A stretch of 64,000 bases of DNA from Ranitomeya imitator. Its lineage: Eukaryota. The stretch lies in assembly GCF_032444005.1 (NCBI RefSeq), contig NC_091283.1, positions 38,192,001 to 38,256,000 of the forward strand, in the 5' to 3' direction. Positions 24,347 through 36,822 of this stretch are shown here, one piece after another. The position numbers were made by a program, and so were the translations under genes. Below the pieces are notes generated by a model. It ran no database searches and was not told the DNA's origin. It saw nothing but the letters and a program-made list of their open reading frames with translations. Position 1 is the first letter of the stretch. Each line of letters begins with the position of its first letter.

Positions 24347-25247
24347 NNNNNNNNNNNNNNNNNNNNNNNNNNNNNNNNNNNNNNNNNNNNNNNNNNNNNN
24401 NNNNNNNNNNNNNNNNNNNNNNNNNNNNNNNNNNNNNNNNNNNNNNNNNNNNNNNNNNNNNNNNNNNNNNNNNNNNNNNNNNNNNNNNNNNNNNNNNNNN
24501 NNNNNNNNNNNNNNNNNNNNNNNNNNNNNNNNNNNNNNNNNNNNNNNNNNNNNNNNNNNNNNNNNNNNNNNNNNNNNNNNNNNNNNNNNNNNNNNNNNNN
24601 NNNNNNNNNNNNNNNNNNNNNNNNNNNNNNNNNNNNNNNNNNNNNNNNNNNNNNNNNNNNNNNNNNNNNNNNNNNNNNNNNNNNNNNNNNNNNNNNNNNN
24701 NNNNNNNNNNNNNNNNNNNNNNNNNNNNNNNNNNNNNNNNNNNNNNNNNNNNNNNNNNNNNNNNNNNNNNNNNNNNNNNNNNNNNNNNNNNNNNNNNNNN
24801 NNNNNNNNNNNNNNNNNNNNNNNNNNNNNNNNNNNNNNNNNNNNNNNNNNNNNNNNNNNNNNNNNNNNNNNNNNNNNNNNNNNNNNNNNNNNNNNNNNNN
24901 NNNNNNNNNNNNNNNNNNNNNNNNNNNNNNNNNNNNNNNNNNNNNNNNNNNNNNNNNNNNNNNNNNNNNNNNNNNNNNNNNNNNNNNNNNNNNNNNNNNN
25001 NNNNNNNNNNNNNNNNNNNNNNNNNNNNNNNNNNNNNNNNNNNNNNNNNNNNNNNNNNNNNNNNNNNNNNNNNNNNNNNNNNNNNNNNNNNNNNNNNNNN
25101 NNNNNNNNNNNNNNNNNNNNNNNNNNNNNNNNNNNNNNNNNNNNNNNNNNNNNNNNNNNNNNNNNNNNNNNNNNNNNNNNNNNNNNNNNNNNNNNNNNNN
25201 NNNNNNNNNNNNNNNNNNNNNNNNNNNNNNNNNNNNNNNNNNNNNNA
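24347..25247. other. Assembly gap in gene B intron 1
   Basis: Run of N. Confidence 1.
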
Positions 25248-25799
25248 AACAAAATATCTTTCCTGCTAAACCAGTTGAAATACAGGAAGGCAAAAATGTT
25301 TTTTTTATTTTTTTTTTTACTTATTTTTATATGTTCTGTCTTTTTTTTATTGAATTTTTAACATTTATAAATATAATAATCTAACATTTTAATAAAGTAA
25401 ACCTATCAGACACAACCAGTTTGTTTAGAAAAATCCTATTACATTTTAATGTTTTATAGGTGTTGTCATTTTTTTAAAATAACCTTTAAAATAATAATTT
25501 TCTGAAAAGCTTTTAGTCTTGTAATTGAAGGATGGAACATGAAGCACAACTTAAAACAGTAGCGTCATTTTGTGAAGATAAGTTCCTTGATTTTTATGAT
25601 TATTTTATAAATAATGTAATGCATCCTTTGGTTCCTTAATATTATGTAATAAGCCGAGGTGCTGTGGTTGTGGCCTCTGAGCCAGAGGGGGCCAAAAAAA
25701 GTGACCCTTCCCCATGTGAGAAGACTAGTGAGTCCTAAGAGGTTTCCCTTCTTCCAAGAGCCACCTAGCCATATAAACATATAAAGGCTTATGGGTTTT

Positions 25800-26440
25800 G
25801 TTTTGTTTTTATTTGCAGGAGAAGTTTTAGTTTTTTATGACAACATTCATTTTACCATATATTGTCCTAAAAAAACAAGAAAATAAAAAAAAATAAAATG
25901 GTGAAGAAATCCTGACATTCTTTTCTTTGGGTTATGTTTTTACGGTGTTCACTGTTTGCTAAAAATGACCTGACACCATGGTTTTAGAGGTCAGTATGTA
26001 TACTGTTTTTATTTAAATTTGTTTTTAAAAAAATTTGTACTTTGAAAGAAAAAAATTGGTTTGAGTCGCCATTTTCTGCAACATGCAACTTTTTAATTTT
26101 TCCATCGATGGAGCTGTATGAGAGCTTGTTTTTGTAAGTGGCAAGCAATAAGGTTAATATAATATTATGATCGCTTTTTATTTTTTTATATTTTTTTGTT
26201 CGTTTCGTAAATATATATAATTTATGCTGAATATATTTTTTAGTCCAACTAAAGTCCAAACTGAACTTGTTGACTGTAACATCAAAATGGTTAAATAAAT
26301 AGCAGCACTCCGAGTTTGCTCCAGTTGTTGCTGTTAGAAGCAGATTTTGGCTGTATAACACCACCGGCTTCGGCTGTACATGGAGCGGGCTCAGCTCCTG
26401 AGCCCGCTCCATCCACACACACAGGACTGCTGACGTACTG
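25800..26440. mobile_element. AT-rich MITE-like remnant in gene B intron 1
   Basis: A/T homopolymer-rich body ending in a 15-bp hairpin atggagcgggctcag / ctgagcccgctccat near 26381-26413; ends not defined. Confidence 0.35.
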
Positions 26441-26643
26441 TATCTATGGGTCTCAGGTTGTCCCGTCCCGAGAGTGACAGCTGCATAGAAATATCACTCA
26501 GGTCGGGAGAGCCGATGGCAAGTTCCAAGTATTGCGTTGCGATCCTCATCCGAGTTATATGGTCATCTGACTCTTTCCTAAAGAAAAGGGTTTGATCAAG
26601 GATTAATCACCAGGTGATTAATGGACTTCTCTCCGTTTGTTAG

Positions 26644-26865
26644 GTGCTCAAAAAAATCTATTGGTGAGGCAACCATTGTTCATCAAGACAAAAGTTGGGG
26701 AATCGGTGACCATTTCTTGCTTCTTTGCAACGAGGTCGCCTTCGTTTACTGTGAAGTGGATGTTATTTTACCAGTTGACGTCTCTTCTTGAGCATCAAAG
26801 TTACAGAGACAGAATAACCCTGAGCTCAACCTTGTTGCACGTTGCTCCAGTCGTGCAGGTGGAAG
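26644..26865 (+). CDS. Gene B V-type Ig domain exon (NKp30/XMIV-like pattern), short and lacking the F-strand Cys
   Basis: Acceptor ttctctccgtttgttag|GT and donor GAAG|gtaatt, phase 1 at both ends. Translates GAQKNLLVRQPLFIKTKVGESVTISCFFATRSPSFTVKWMLFYQLTSLLEHQSYRDRITLSSTLLHVAPVVQVE with V-set hallmarks VxQP, GxSVTISC, C-strand W and RxRI; no DxGxYxC. Confidence 0.8.
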
Positions 26866-27231
26866 GTAATTTTTTTTTTATCAGATTTTTAAATATTTTG
26901 GGGTCATTGATCCCCCAAGCAATACTAATTTCCCACTATTTGTAGAGCTGGTCTGTGGTCAATCAATGGTCCCTAGAAAATAAGCACTAAGGCAAGACAA
27001 GGACCACAGATAGGTGAGAAAGGAAAATACTTTGGCCTCCAATTAGAAAGGGAAAATTTTACCTTCATGATGCAGAGATGGTTGTAAAATCTGGAGGTGG
27101 TTGTCTACTCCAGGTACTAGGTGCCTTGCCTGTAGGTTGTCTCTCTGACTAGGGCACATTTTATCAGACACCTCCTCCTCTTTCTCTCTATCATCCACAG
27201 GAACCAATCATATGTACACCGTCCCCTCCAG

Positions 27232-27432
27232 AGACCCAGCCGCAGCAGCACAAAGGATGTCAGGAGAGCAAAGCTAGCCGCAGCAGCACAGAGAATGTCA
27301 GGAAAGGCCCAGCGACAGCAGCACAGAGAATGTCAGGAAAGGCCCAGCGACAGCAGCACAGAGAATGTCAGGAAAGGCCCAGTGACAGCAGCACAGAGAA
27401 TGTCAGGAAAGGCCCAGCGACAGCAGCACAAT
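27232..27432. repeat. 35-bp minisatellite (gcccagcgacagcagcacagagaatgtcaggaaag), about 5 copies
   Basis: Direct repetition with period 35. Confidence 0.9.
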
Positions 27433-29161
27433 GGCACAAAAATGTGAATTGCCACCTATCCCCGTTCCAACGATGAGTAGAGCAGTTCCCCACTGTAGCG
27501 ACATCATTGTGCCTCCCATACTGAGCCTCAGATGGCATAGATGAGTAGTGGAGAGGGGGTGAATGATTCATGCTCCTTCGTTATATTCAACTGTCCCTCC
27601 CGAGACAGCTAGCCAAATCCTGGACTGTATCGCTGGATCCAGGACGGTTGGGAGGAATGCCATGCAAAGATTTTACTGACTGGAGGACAATAATCTCCTG
27701 AACCAAGGATAGTGATTATGGAGGGGGGAAGAGTGAGGATGGCAAGTGCCTAGGGCACCAATGCTTAGAGTTTCATTGTATAACTGTATAGAAAGGACGA
27801 AATTGGTTGTCACAAAATATCTCCCAAAGATGGAGGTGAGGGAGAGGAGGGGGATGGAGCTGCGGCTGATGTTCATCACAGTGTAACAGCATGGGGAGGG
27901 GATGACAGTGGTTGTAGCCAAACATGACCTCAGCTCTTACCCAACACTACACACTTACGCTGTAAACTACAGATGAACCACAATGGATAAGTGATAGAAT
28001 TGCGAAACAGCTCTGAATGTGGCTGGAGAAAACGAGTAGACGAGAATGATGTTCTTCCAAATCATTACAAAATAAGTTAAGTAAAAAGCTTGATTTCCTC
28101 ACTTAGATAGGTCTTCCTGTCTTTGGTCAAGTGGTCAGGGCAGCGCGCTACCCATTTAGCAGCCGATAGAGACCATGATGAGTACAGACATGGTCCTTAC
28201 ACATATATTGAAAGTTCTATATACAGAAGGGGGTGGCTGTTGTGAATTCTGTGGCAGAGCTCCCTCCTGTGGTCACAAGTGGTACTTCGACTGATTCTCT
28301 CTGGGAGCTTCCGTTTGTGGAGGAAAGTGGTACTGCGGCTTCTGAGTTTCCTCCCTCAGGTGATCTGGTGAGGTCGTTAGGTGCTTCTCTACTTAACTCC
28401 ACCTAATGCTTTGATCCTGGCTTCCTGTCAATGTTCCAGTGTTGGACTTGTTTATCCCTGGATCATTCCTGTGGCCTGCCGCTCTGCATAGCTAAGTTCT
28501 TCTTTGCTATTTGTTTGCTATTTTTTCTGTCCAGCTTGTCTAATTTGTTGCTGTAAGCTCTGGGACGCAAAGGGTGTACCTCCGTGCCGTTAGTTCGGTA
28601 CGGAGGGTCTTTTTGCCCCCTTTGCGTTTTTTTCTTTAGGGTTTTGTGTAGACCGCAAAGTTATCTTTCCTATCCTCGTTCTGTTAAGAAAGTCGGGCCT
28701 CACTTTGCTGAATCTATTTCATATCTACGTTTGTCTTTTCATCTTAACTCACAGTCATTATATGTGGGGGGCTGCCTTTTCCTTTGGGGTATTTCTCTGA
28801 GGCAAGGTAGGCTTATTTTCTATCTTCAGGCTAGTTAGTTTCTCAGGCTGTGCTGAGTTGCATAGGCAGAGTTAGGCGCAATCCACGGCTGCCTCTAGTG
28901 TTGTTTGGAGAGGATTAGGGATTGCGGTCTGCAGAGTTCCCACGTCTCAGAGCTCGTTCTATGATTTTGGGTTATTGTCAGATCACTGTATGTGCTCTGA
29001 CCTCTATGTTCATTGTGGTACTGAATTGCCTCATATAACAGTACAGGAAGCCAAAAGTACTAATGATTCTCAATAGAGGGAAAAAAGAAGTTCTGAGACC
29101 ATTTTTTTTTCTTTGCACTGTGTTTTGCCTTTTTTTTCCCCTAGACATTAGGGTGGTTCAG

Positions 29162-30041
29162 CAGTGGCGTAGGAAGGGGGGTGCGGGGGGGGCGGTCCGC
29201 CCCGGGCGGCACAATGCGGGGGGCGGCCGGCGCTGCAAGAGAAGAAAAAAAAAAAAAAAAAAGACGCCCCTTTAAATCTTCGGGCGGCGCCGTTCGCCGC
29301 CACGACCAGCTCCCCCCACCCCCGCCCCCCGCTCCCGCCCCCCGCTCTCCGCTCTAAAATACTCACCTCTCCTGGTTCCTGCGGCTTCAGCATCCTCTGA
29401 CTCTGCGACGTCTCAGAGCAGAGGGCGCGATGACGTCACTACTGTGCGCGCCGCTCTGCCTCTCTGTCCTGAGCATCGCAGAGCCGGAGAGACGCTGACT
29501 GCACCGGACCTGCGCTAGGAACGGGAGAGGTGAGGATTTTACTTTTTTTTTTCTTTATGTCTGACTGTCTGGGGGCAATGCTGGACACACTGGGGCAATA
29601 CTGGAGAGCATGGGGCAGATTGCTGGACACACTGGGGCAATACTGGAGAGCATGGGGCAGATTGCTGGACACACTGGGGCAATACAGGAGACCATGGGGC
29701 AGATTGCTGGACACACTGGGGCAATACAGGAGACTATGGGGCAGATTGCTGGACACACTGGGGCAATACTGGAGACCATGGGGCAGAATGCTGGACACAC
29801 TGGGGCAATACTGAAGACCATGGGGCAGATTGCTGGACACACTGGGGCAATACTGGAGAGCATGGGGCAGATTGCTGGACACACTGGGGCAATACTGGAG
29901 ACCATGGGGCAGAATGCTGGACACACTGGGGCAATACTGGAGAGCATGGGGCAGATTGCTGGACACACTGGGGCAATACTGGAGACTATGGGGCAAACTC
30001 GGGAACAGCCCCGGGCGGCAATAGCTCTAGCTACGCCTCTG
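29162..30041. mobile_element. Non-autonomous hAT-type MITE nested in the 5' UTR of Gypsy 1
   Basis: TIR CAGTGGCGTAG...CTACGCCTCTG; 8-bp TSD TGGTTCAG at 29154-29161 and 30042-30049; internal 42-bp tandem repeat (~10 copies, ~29570-29995). Confidence 0.92.
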
Positions 30042-30064
30042 TGGTTCAGTACACAGGTGTAGCG

Positions 30065-33000
30065 ATGGACATTAGAAGTCTGTCTTCATTTGTGGATCAG
30101 CTCTCGGCAAGAGTACAAAAGATTCAAGACACTATTGATCAGAAATCTATGTTAGAACCAAAAATTCCTATTCCTGATTTGTTTTTTGGAGATAGAACTA
30201 AGTTTCTGAGTTTCAAAAATAATTGTAAGCTATTTCTGGCCTTGAAACCTCGCTCCTCTGGTGATCCAGTTTAACAGGTTTTGATTATTATTTCTTTTTT
30301 GCGCGGCGACCCTCAGGACTGGGCATTTTCTCTTGCGCCAGGAGATCCTGCATTAAGTAATATTGATGCGTTTTTCCTGGCGCTCGGATTGCTGTACGAT
30401 GAGCCTAATTCAGTGGATCAGGCAGAAAAGAATTTGCTGGCTCTTTGTCAGGCTCAGGATGAGATAGAGGTATATTGTCAGAAATTTAGAAAGTGGTCCG
30501 TTCTCACTCAATGGAATGAATCTGCGCTGGCAGCTATGTTCAGAAAGGGTCTCTCTGAAGCCCTTAAGGATGTCATGGTGGGATTTCCTATGCCTGCTGG
30601 TTTGAATGAGTCTATGTCTTTGGCCATTCAGATCGGTTGACGCTTGCGTGAGCGTAAATCTGTGCACCATTTGGCGGTATTACCTGAGCTTAAACCTGAG
30701 CCTATGCAGTGCGATAGGACTTTGACCAGAGTTAAACGGCAAGAACACAGACGTCTGAATGGGCTGTGTTTCTACTGTGGTGATTCCACTCATGCTATCT
30801 CTGATTGTCCTAAGCGCACTAAGCGGTTCGCTAGGTCTGCCACCATTGGTACGGTACAGTCAAAATTTCTTCTGTCCGTTACCTTGATCTGCTCTTTGTC
30901 ATCGTATTCTGTCATGGCATTTGTGAATACAGGCGCTGCCCTGAATTTGATGGACTTGGAGTATGCTAGGCGTTGTGGGTTTCTCTTAGAGCCCTTGCAG
31001 TGTCCTATTCCATTGAGAGGAATTGATGCCACGCCTTTGGCCAAGAATAAGCCTCAATACTGGACCCAGCTGACCATGTGCATGGCTCCTGCACATCAGG
31101 AGGTTATTCGCTTTCTGGTGTTGCATAATCTGCATGATGTGGTCGTGTTGGGGTTGCCATGGCTACAAGCCCATAATCCAGTATTAGATTGGAAATCCAT
31201 GTCAGTGTCCAGCTGGGGTTGTCAGTGGGTACATGGTGATGTTCCATTTCTGTCAATTTCGTCATCCACCCCTTCTGAGGTTCCAGAGTTCTTGTCTGAT
31301 TACCGGGATGTATTTGATGAGCCCAAGTCCGATACCCTACCTCCGCATAGGGATTGTGATTGTGCTATCAATTTGATTCCTGGTAGTAAATTCCCAAAAG
31401 GTCGACTGTTTAATTTATCCGTGCCTGAGCACGCCGCTATGCGCAGTTATGTGAAGGAATCCCTGGAGAAGGGGCATATTCGCCCGTCATCGTCACCATT
31501 AGGAGCAGGGTTCTTTTTTGTAGCCAAGAAGGATGGTTCGCTGAGACCTTGTATAGATTACCGCCTTCTTAATAAGATCACGGTTAAATTTCAGTACCCC
31601 TTGCCATTGTTATCTGATTTGTTTGCTCGGATTAAGGGGGCTAGTTGGTTCACCAAGATAGATCTTCGTGGTGCGTATAATCTGGTGCGAATCAGGCGAG
31701 GCGATGAATGGAAAACTGCATTTAATACGCCCGAGGGTCATTTTGAGTATCTAGTGATGCCATTCGGACTTGCCAATGCTCCATCAGTGTTTCAGTCCTT
31801 TATGCATGACATCTTCCGAGAGTACCTGGATAAATTCCTGATTGTGTACTTGGATGACATTTTGATCTTCTCGGATGATTGGGAGTCTCATGTGAAGCAG
31901 GTCAGAACGGCTTTTCAGGTCCTGCGTGCTAATTCTTTGTTTGTGAAGGGATCAAAGTGTCTCTTTGGTGTGCAGAAGGTTTCATTTTTGGGGTTCATCT
32001 TTTCCCCTTCTACTATCGAGATGGATCCTGTTCAGGTCCAAGCCATCCATGATTGGACTCAGCCGACATCTCTGAAAAGTCTGCAAAAGTTTCTGGGCTT
32101 TGCTAATTTTTATCGTCGCTTCATCTGCAATTTTTCTAGTATTGCCAAACCATTGACCGATTTGACCAAGAAGGGTGCGGATTTGGTCAATTGGTCTTCT
32201 GCTGCTGTGGAAGCTTTTCAGGAGTTGAAGCGTCGTTTTTCTTCTGCCCCTGTGTTGTGTCAACCAAATGTTTCTCTTCCGTTCCAGGTCAAGGTTGATG
32301 CTTCTGAGATTGGAGCAGGGGCTGTTTTGTCGCAGAGAGATTCTGATTGCTCAGTGATGAAACCATGCGCTTTTTTTTCCAGGAAGTTTTCGCCTGCTGA
32401 GCGAAATTATGATGTGGGCAACCGAGAGTTGCTGGCCATGAAGTGGGCATTTGAGGAGTGGCGTCATTGGCTTGAAGGAGCTAAGCATCTCGTGGTGGTA
32501 TTGACTGATCATAAGAACTTGACTTATCTCGAGTCTGCTAAGCGGTTGAATCCTAGACAGTCTCGTTGGTCGCTGTTTTTTGCCCGTTTTGACTTTGTGG
32601 TTTCGTACCTTCCGGGCTCTAAAAATGTGAAGGCGGATGCTCTGTCTAGGAGTTTTGTGCCCGACTCTCCGGGTTTGTCTGAGCCGGCGGGTATCCTCAA
32701 GGAAGGAGTAATTGTGTCTGCCATCTCCCCTGATTTGCGGCGAGTGCTGCAAAAATTTCAGGCTAATAAACCTGATCGTTGTCCAGCGGAGAGACTGTTT
32801 GTCCCTGATAGGTGGACCAATAAAGTTATCTCTGAGGTTCATTGTTCGGTGTTGGCTGGTCATTCTGGAATCTTTGGTACCAGAGAGTTGGTGGCTAGAT
32901 CCTTTTGGTGGCCGTCTCTGTCGCGGGATGTGCGTGCTTTTGTGCAGTCCTGTGGGACTTGTGCTCGGGCTAAGCCCTCCTGTTCTCGTGCCAGTGGGTT

Positions 33001-34282
33001 GCTTTTGCCCTTGCCAGTCCCGAAGAGGCCTTGGACACATATCTCTATGGATTTTATTTCAGATCTTCCCGTTTCTCAAAAGATGTCAGTCATTTGGGTG
33101 GTCTGTGATCGCTTTTCTAAGATGGTCCATCTGGTACCCTTGTCTAAATTGCCTTCCTCCTCTGATTTGGTGCCATTGTTCTTCCAGCATGTGGTTCGTT
33201 TACATGGCATTCCAGAGAATATCGTTTCTAACAGAGGTTCCCAGTTTGTTTCGAGGTTTTGGCGAGCCTTTTGTGGTAGGATGGGCATTGACTTGTCTTT
33301 TTCCTCGGCTTTCCATCCTCAGACTAATGGCCAGACCGAACGAACCAATCAGACCTTGGAAACATATCTGAGATGCTTTGTTTCTGCCGATCAGGATGAC
33401 TGGGTGTCCTTTTTGCCTTTGGCTGAGTTCGCCCTTAATAATCGGGCCAGCTCGGCTACCTTGGTTTCGCCATTTTTTTGCAATTCTGGGTTCCATCCTC
33501 GTTTCTCTTCAGGACAGGTTGAGTCTTCGGACTGTCCTGGTGTGGATACTGTGGTGGACAGGTTGCAGCAGATTTGGACTCCTGTAGTGGACAATTTGAC
33601 CTTGTCCCAGGAGAAGGCTCAACGTTTCGCTAATCGCAGACGCCGTGTGGGTCCCCGACTTCGTGTTGGGGATCTGGTTTGGTTATCTTCTCGTCATATT
33701 CCTATGAAGGTTTCCTCTCCTAAGTTTAAACCTCGTTTTATTGGTCCGTATAGGATTTCTGAGGTTCTTAATCCTGTGTCTTTTCGTCTGACCCTCCCAG
33801 ATTCTTTTTCCATACATAACGTTTTCCATAGGTCATTGTTGCGGAGATACGTGGCACCTACGGTTCCATCTGTTGACCCTCCTGCCCCGGTTTTGGTGGA
33901 GGGGGAATTGGAGTATATTGTGGGGAAGATTTTGGATTCTCGTGTTTCAAGACGGAAACTCCAGTATCTGGTTAAATGGAAGGGTTATGCTCAGGAAGAT
34001 AATTCCTGGGTTTTTGCCTCTGATGTCCATGCTCCCGATCTTGTTCGTGCCTTTCATGTGGCTCATCCTGGTCGGCCTGGGGGTTCGGTGACCCCTCCTC
34101 AAGGGGGGGGTACTGTTGTGAATTCTGTGGCAGAGCTCCCTCCTGTGGTCACAAGTGGTACTTCGGCTGATTCTCTCTGGGAGCTTCCGTTTGTGGAGGA
34201 AAGTGGTACTGCGGCTTCTGAGTTTCCTCCCTCAGGTGATCTGGTGAGGTCGTTAGGTGCTTCTCTACTTAACTCCACCTAA
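30065..34282 (+). pseudogene. Gypsy 1 single-frame gag-pol with two in-frame stops
   Basis: ATG at 30065; TAA at 30272-30274 and TGA at 30638-30640; protease motif reads VNTGA where elements 2 and 3 have VDSGA; chromodomain ILDSR...QYLVKWKGY. Confidence 0.92.
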
Positions 34283-35099
34283 TGCTTTGATCCTGGCTTC
34301 CTGTCAATGTTCCAGTGTTGGACTTGTTTATCCCTGGATCATTCCTGTGGCCTGCTGCTCTGCATAGCTAAGTTCTTCTTTGCTATTTGTTTGCTATTTT
34401 TTCTGTCCAGCTTGTCTAATTTGTTGCTGTAAGCTCTGGGACGCAAAGGGTGTACCTCCGTGCCGTTAGTTCGGTACGGAGGGTCTTTTTGCCCCCTTTG
34501 CGTGGTTTTCTTTAGGGTTTTGTGTAGACCGCAAAGTTATCTTTCCTATCCTCGCTCTGTTAAGAAAGTCGGGCCTCACTTTGCTGAATCTATTTCATAT
34601 CTACGTTTGTCTTTTCATCTTAACTCACAGTCATTATATGTGGGGGGCTGCCTTTTCCTTTGGGGTATTTCTCTGAGGCAAGGTAGGCTTATTTTCTATC
34701 TTCAGGCTAGTTAGTTTCTCAGGCTGTGCCGAGTTGCATAGGCAGAGTTAGGCGCAATCCACGGCTGCCTCTAGTGTTGTTTGGAGAGGATTAGGGATTG
34801 CGGTCTGCAGAGTTCCCACGTCTCAGAGCTCGTTCTATGATTTTGGGTTATTGTCAGATCACTGTATGTGCTCTGACCGCTATGTTCATTGTGGTACTGA
34901 ATTGCCTCATATAACAGCTGGCAATCACTTACAGAGGGTGATGGTCTCGATCTGAAAAATCATTTCTGACCAATGTATAATAATATAGATCAATCTGCAG
35001 CTACCCTATAAGCTAACTGCAGATAGGCAACCCTCTCTCTTAGGGTATCACAAAAAGCTGTCATGCATACACTTGAGAAAAATAAGTATTCACACCCCA

Positions 35100-35730
35100 A
35101 TGTTTCTTGTGCGATGTGTTTTTTGTAGCTTTGTCAGTCTGCAGGCTCAAATCCTGTAGTTCTTTAGCTCATCTCCAGAAGAAGACTGTCACAACTCATT
35201 TTTGGAGTCATCACAGCCTGGTTCTGCTTTAATTCAAACATGGTTGTTACTTTTGGGCCAGCAAGAGTTAATGTCAATGTCCTTGCTGGCAGCTGCTGTG
35301 TTGCTGGTCAGCTGATGTGGGTTGTGACCTTTCCCACCATCCTTTAAATAGTCACATGATGCATCAGCTGACTGTTGGTAATAGAGTTTATCTCTGGAGA
35401 CCATCCTAGGAGTTGGGAGCTCTCTGGTGCCAGAAGTGTATCAGCTTCTTCGGTGGAGTTGGAGGTCCTGGTTCAATGTCCTTTGCTGTGTGGAGCTTTG
35501 CAGCAGAGGCTTGAGCTAAGTTATCGTTGTCTGTCTGGTGCTTGTCACTACCCCCTGTCTTTACCATGTGCAGTGATGAGTCTAGCGTCCGTGCCTGTCA
35601 GTGCACTAGCCAGGGTTTAGTGAGGTGACAGCTAGAGACTAGGCATTTGACGGTGACGGGGGAAGGACCCGTATAGGGCATTAGGGGAGCTTAGGGATAG
35701 GCACAGGCTGTGTTAGGAGGTGCCTCATCC
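35100..35730 (+). mobile_element. Degenerate LTR-like fragment
   Basis: Starts TG; central tttaaatag; 3' part (agggcattaggggagcttagggataggc) resembles the 3' ends of the LTRs in this window; no clear CA end or TSD. Confidence 0.35.
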
Positions 35731-35920
35731 CTTGTGGGGAAATTTTGCTACAGAAAACACTAAGTAATGTTTCTGTGTAATTAAATTCCTGAAGGAGATG
35801 CTTTAAAACATTCCCAATAATGTTTCAGTGAGTGCAGAGATTCTTGTGTGAGCACAAACAATTCAATAGCCAAGTACAGGGCAGACAGGCAATTTTTTGG
35901 AACCAAGTTATGTTGATATA

Positions 35921-36161
35921 NNNNNNNNNNNNNNNNNNNNNNNNNNNNNNNNNNNNNNNNNNNNNNNNNNNNNNNNNNNNNNNNNNNNNNNNNNNNNNNN
36001 NNNNNNNNNNNNNNNNNNNNNNNNNNNNNNNNNNNNNNNNNNNNNNNNNNNNNNNNNNNNNNNNNNNNNNNNNNNNNNNNNNNNNNNNNNNNNNNNNNNN
36101 NNNNNNNNNNNNNNNNNNNNNNNNNNNNNNNNNNNNNNNNNNNNNNNNNNNNNNNNNNNNN
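35921..36161. other. Assembly gap in gene B intron 2
   Basis: Run of N. Confidence 1.
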
Positions 36162-36682
36162 AAGAGACCACCACATCAAACCTCTGTCATTGGCAGCCCA
36201 ATCTCCAGACCTGAACCCCATTGAGAAGCTCTGGAATGTAATCAAGAGGACGATGGATAGTCACAAGCCATCAAGCAGAGAAGAACTGCTTACATTTTTG
36301 CGCCAGAAGCCGTGTGACAGACTGGTGGAAAGCATGCCAAGACCCATGAAAGCTGGGATTAAAAATCATGGTTATTCCACAATATATTGATTCCTGAACT
36401 CTTCCTGAGCTAAAACATTAATATTATTGTTTCTAAATGATTATGAACTTGTTTTCATTACATTATTTGACGTCTGAAAGCACCGTTTTATTTTTTAATT
36501 TTGACCATTTTTCTTTGTCAGAAAAAAAATACAAAATTTATTTCTTGGAAATTTAGAGACATCTTGTCAGAAGTTTATAGCATAAAAGAACAATTTATAG
36601 TTTACTCAAAAATATACCTATAAAGAGAAAAATCAGAGAAACTGAACATTTTGCAGTGGTCTCTTAATTTTTGCCAGAGCTG
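36162..36682 (+). mobile_element. Tc1/mariner 3' fragment
   Basis: Translation AQSPDLNPIEKLWNVIKR matches the Tc1 SPDLNPIExxW motif; terminus ...ttgccagagctg|TA; 5' part lost in the gap. Confidence 0.85.
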
Positions 36683-36822
36683 TATATATATATATATGTA
36701 TAGATAAATATATATAATAAAATAATACGATCTATTATTTCCACATGTTTACAAGTGGTTCATATAAGCTACTATAAAAAACTTCATATCAGGTAGTAAT
36801 TTTTACCTTTTTTGATTCACAG

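Larger units (their letters stand above)
28238..34916 (+). mobile_element. Gypsy/chromovirus LTR retrotransposon 1 (Tf1/sushi-type), full length, in gene B intron 2
   Basis: 803-bp LTRs at 28238-29040 and 34114-34916 (TG...CA; about 7 differences by eye); polypurine tract aagggggggg before the 3' LTR; gag-pol with CCHC knuckle, protease, RT (YLDD), RNase H, integrase and chromodomain. Confidence 0.97.

Noticed and set aside
24323-25293. ORFs spanning N runs (also 15385-15687 and 35781-36245)
   Set aside because: Open only because of assembly gaps.
29439-30062. Repetitive ORFs in six frames
   Set aside because: They come from the 42-bp tandem repeat inside the hAT MITE.
30644-34282. Domesticated RTL1/PEG10-like host gene
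   Set aside because: Flanked by near-identical LTRs, carries stops, and three related copies occur in the window; it is a retrotransposon.
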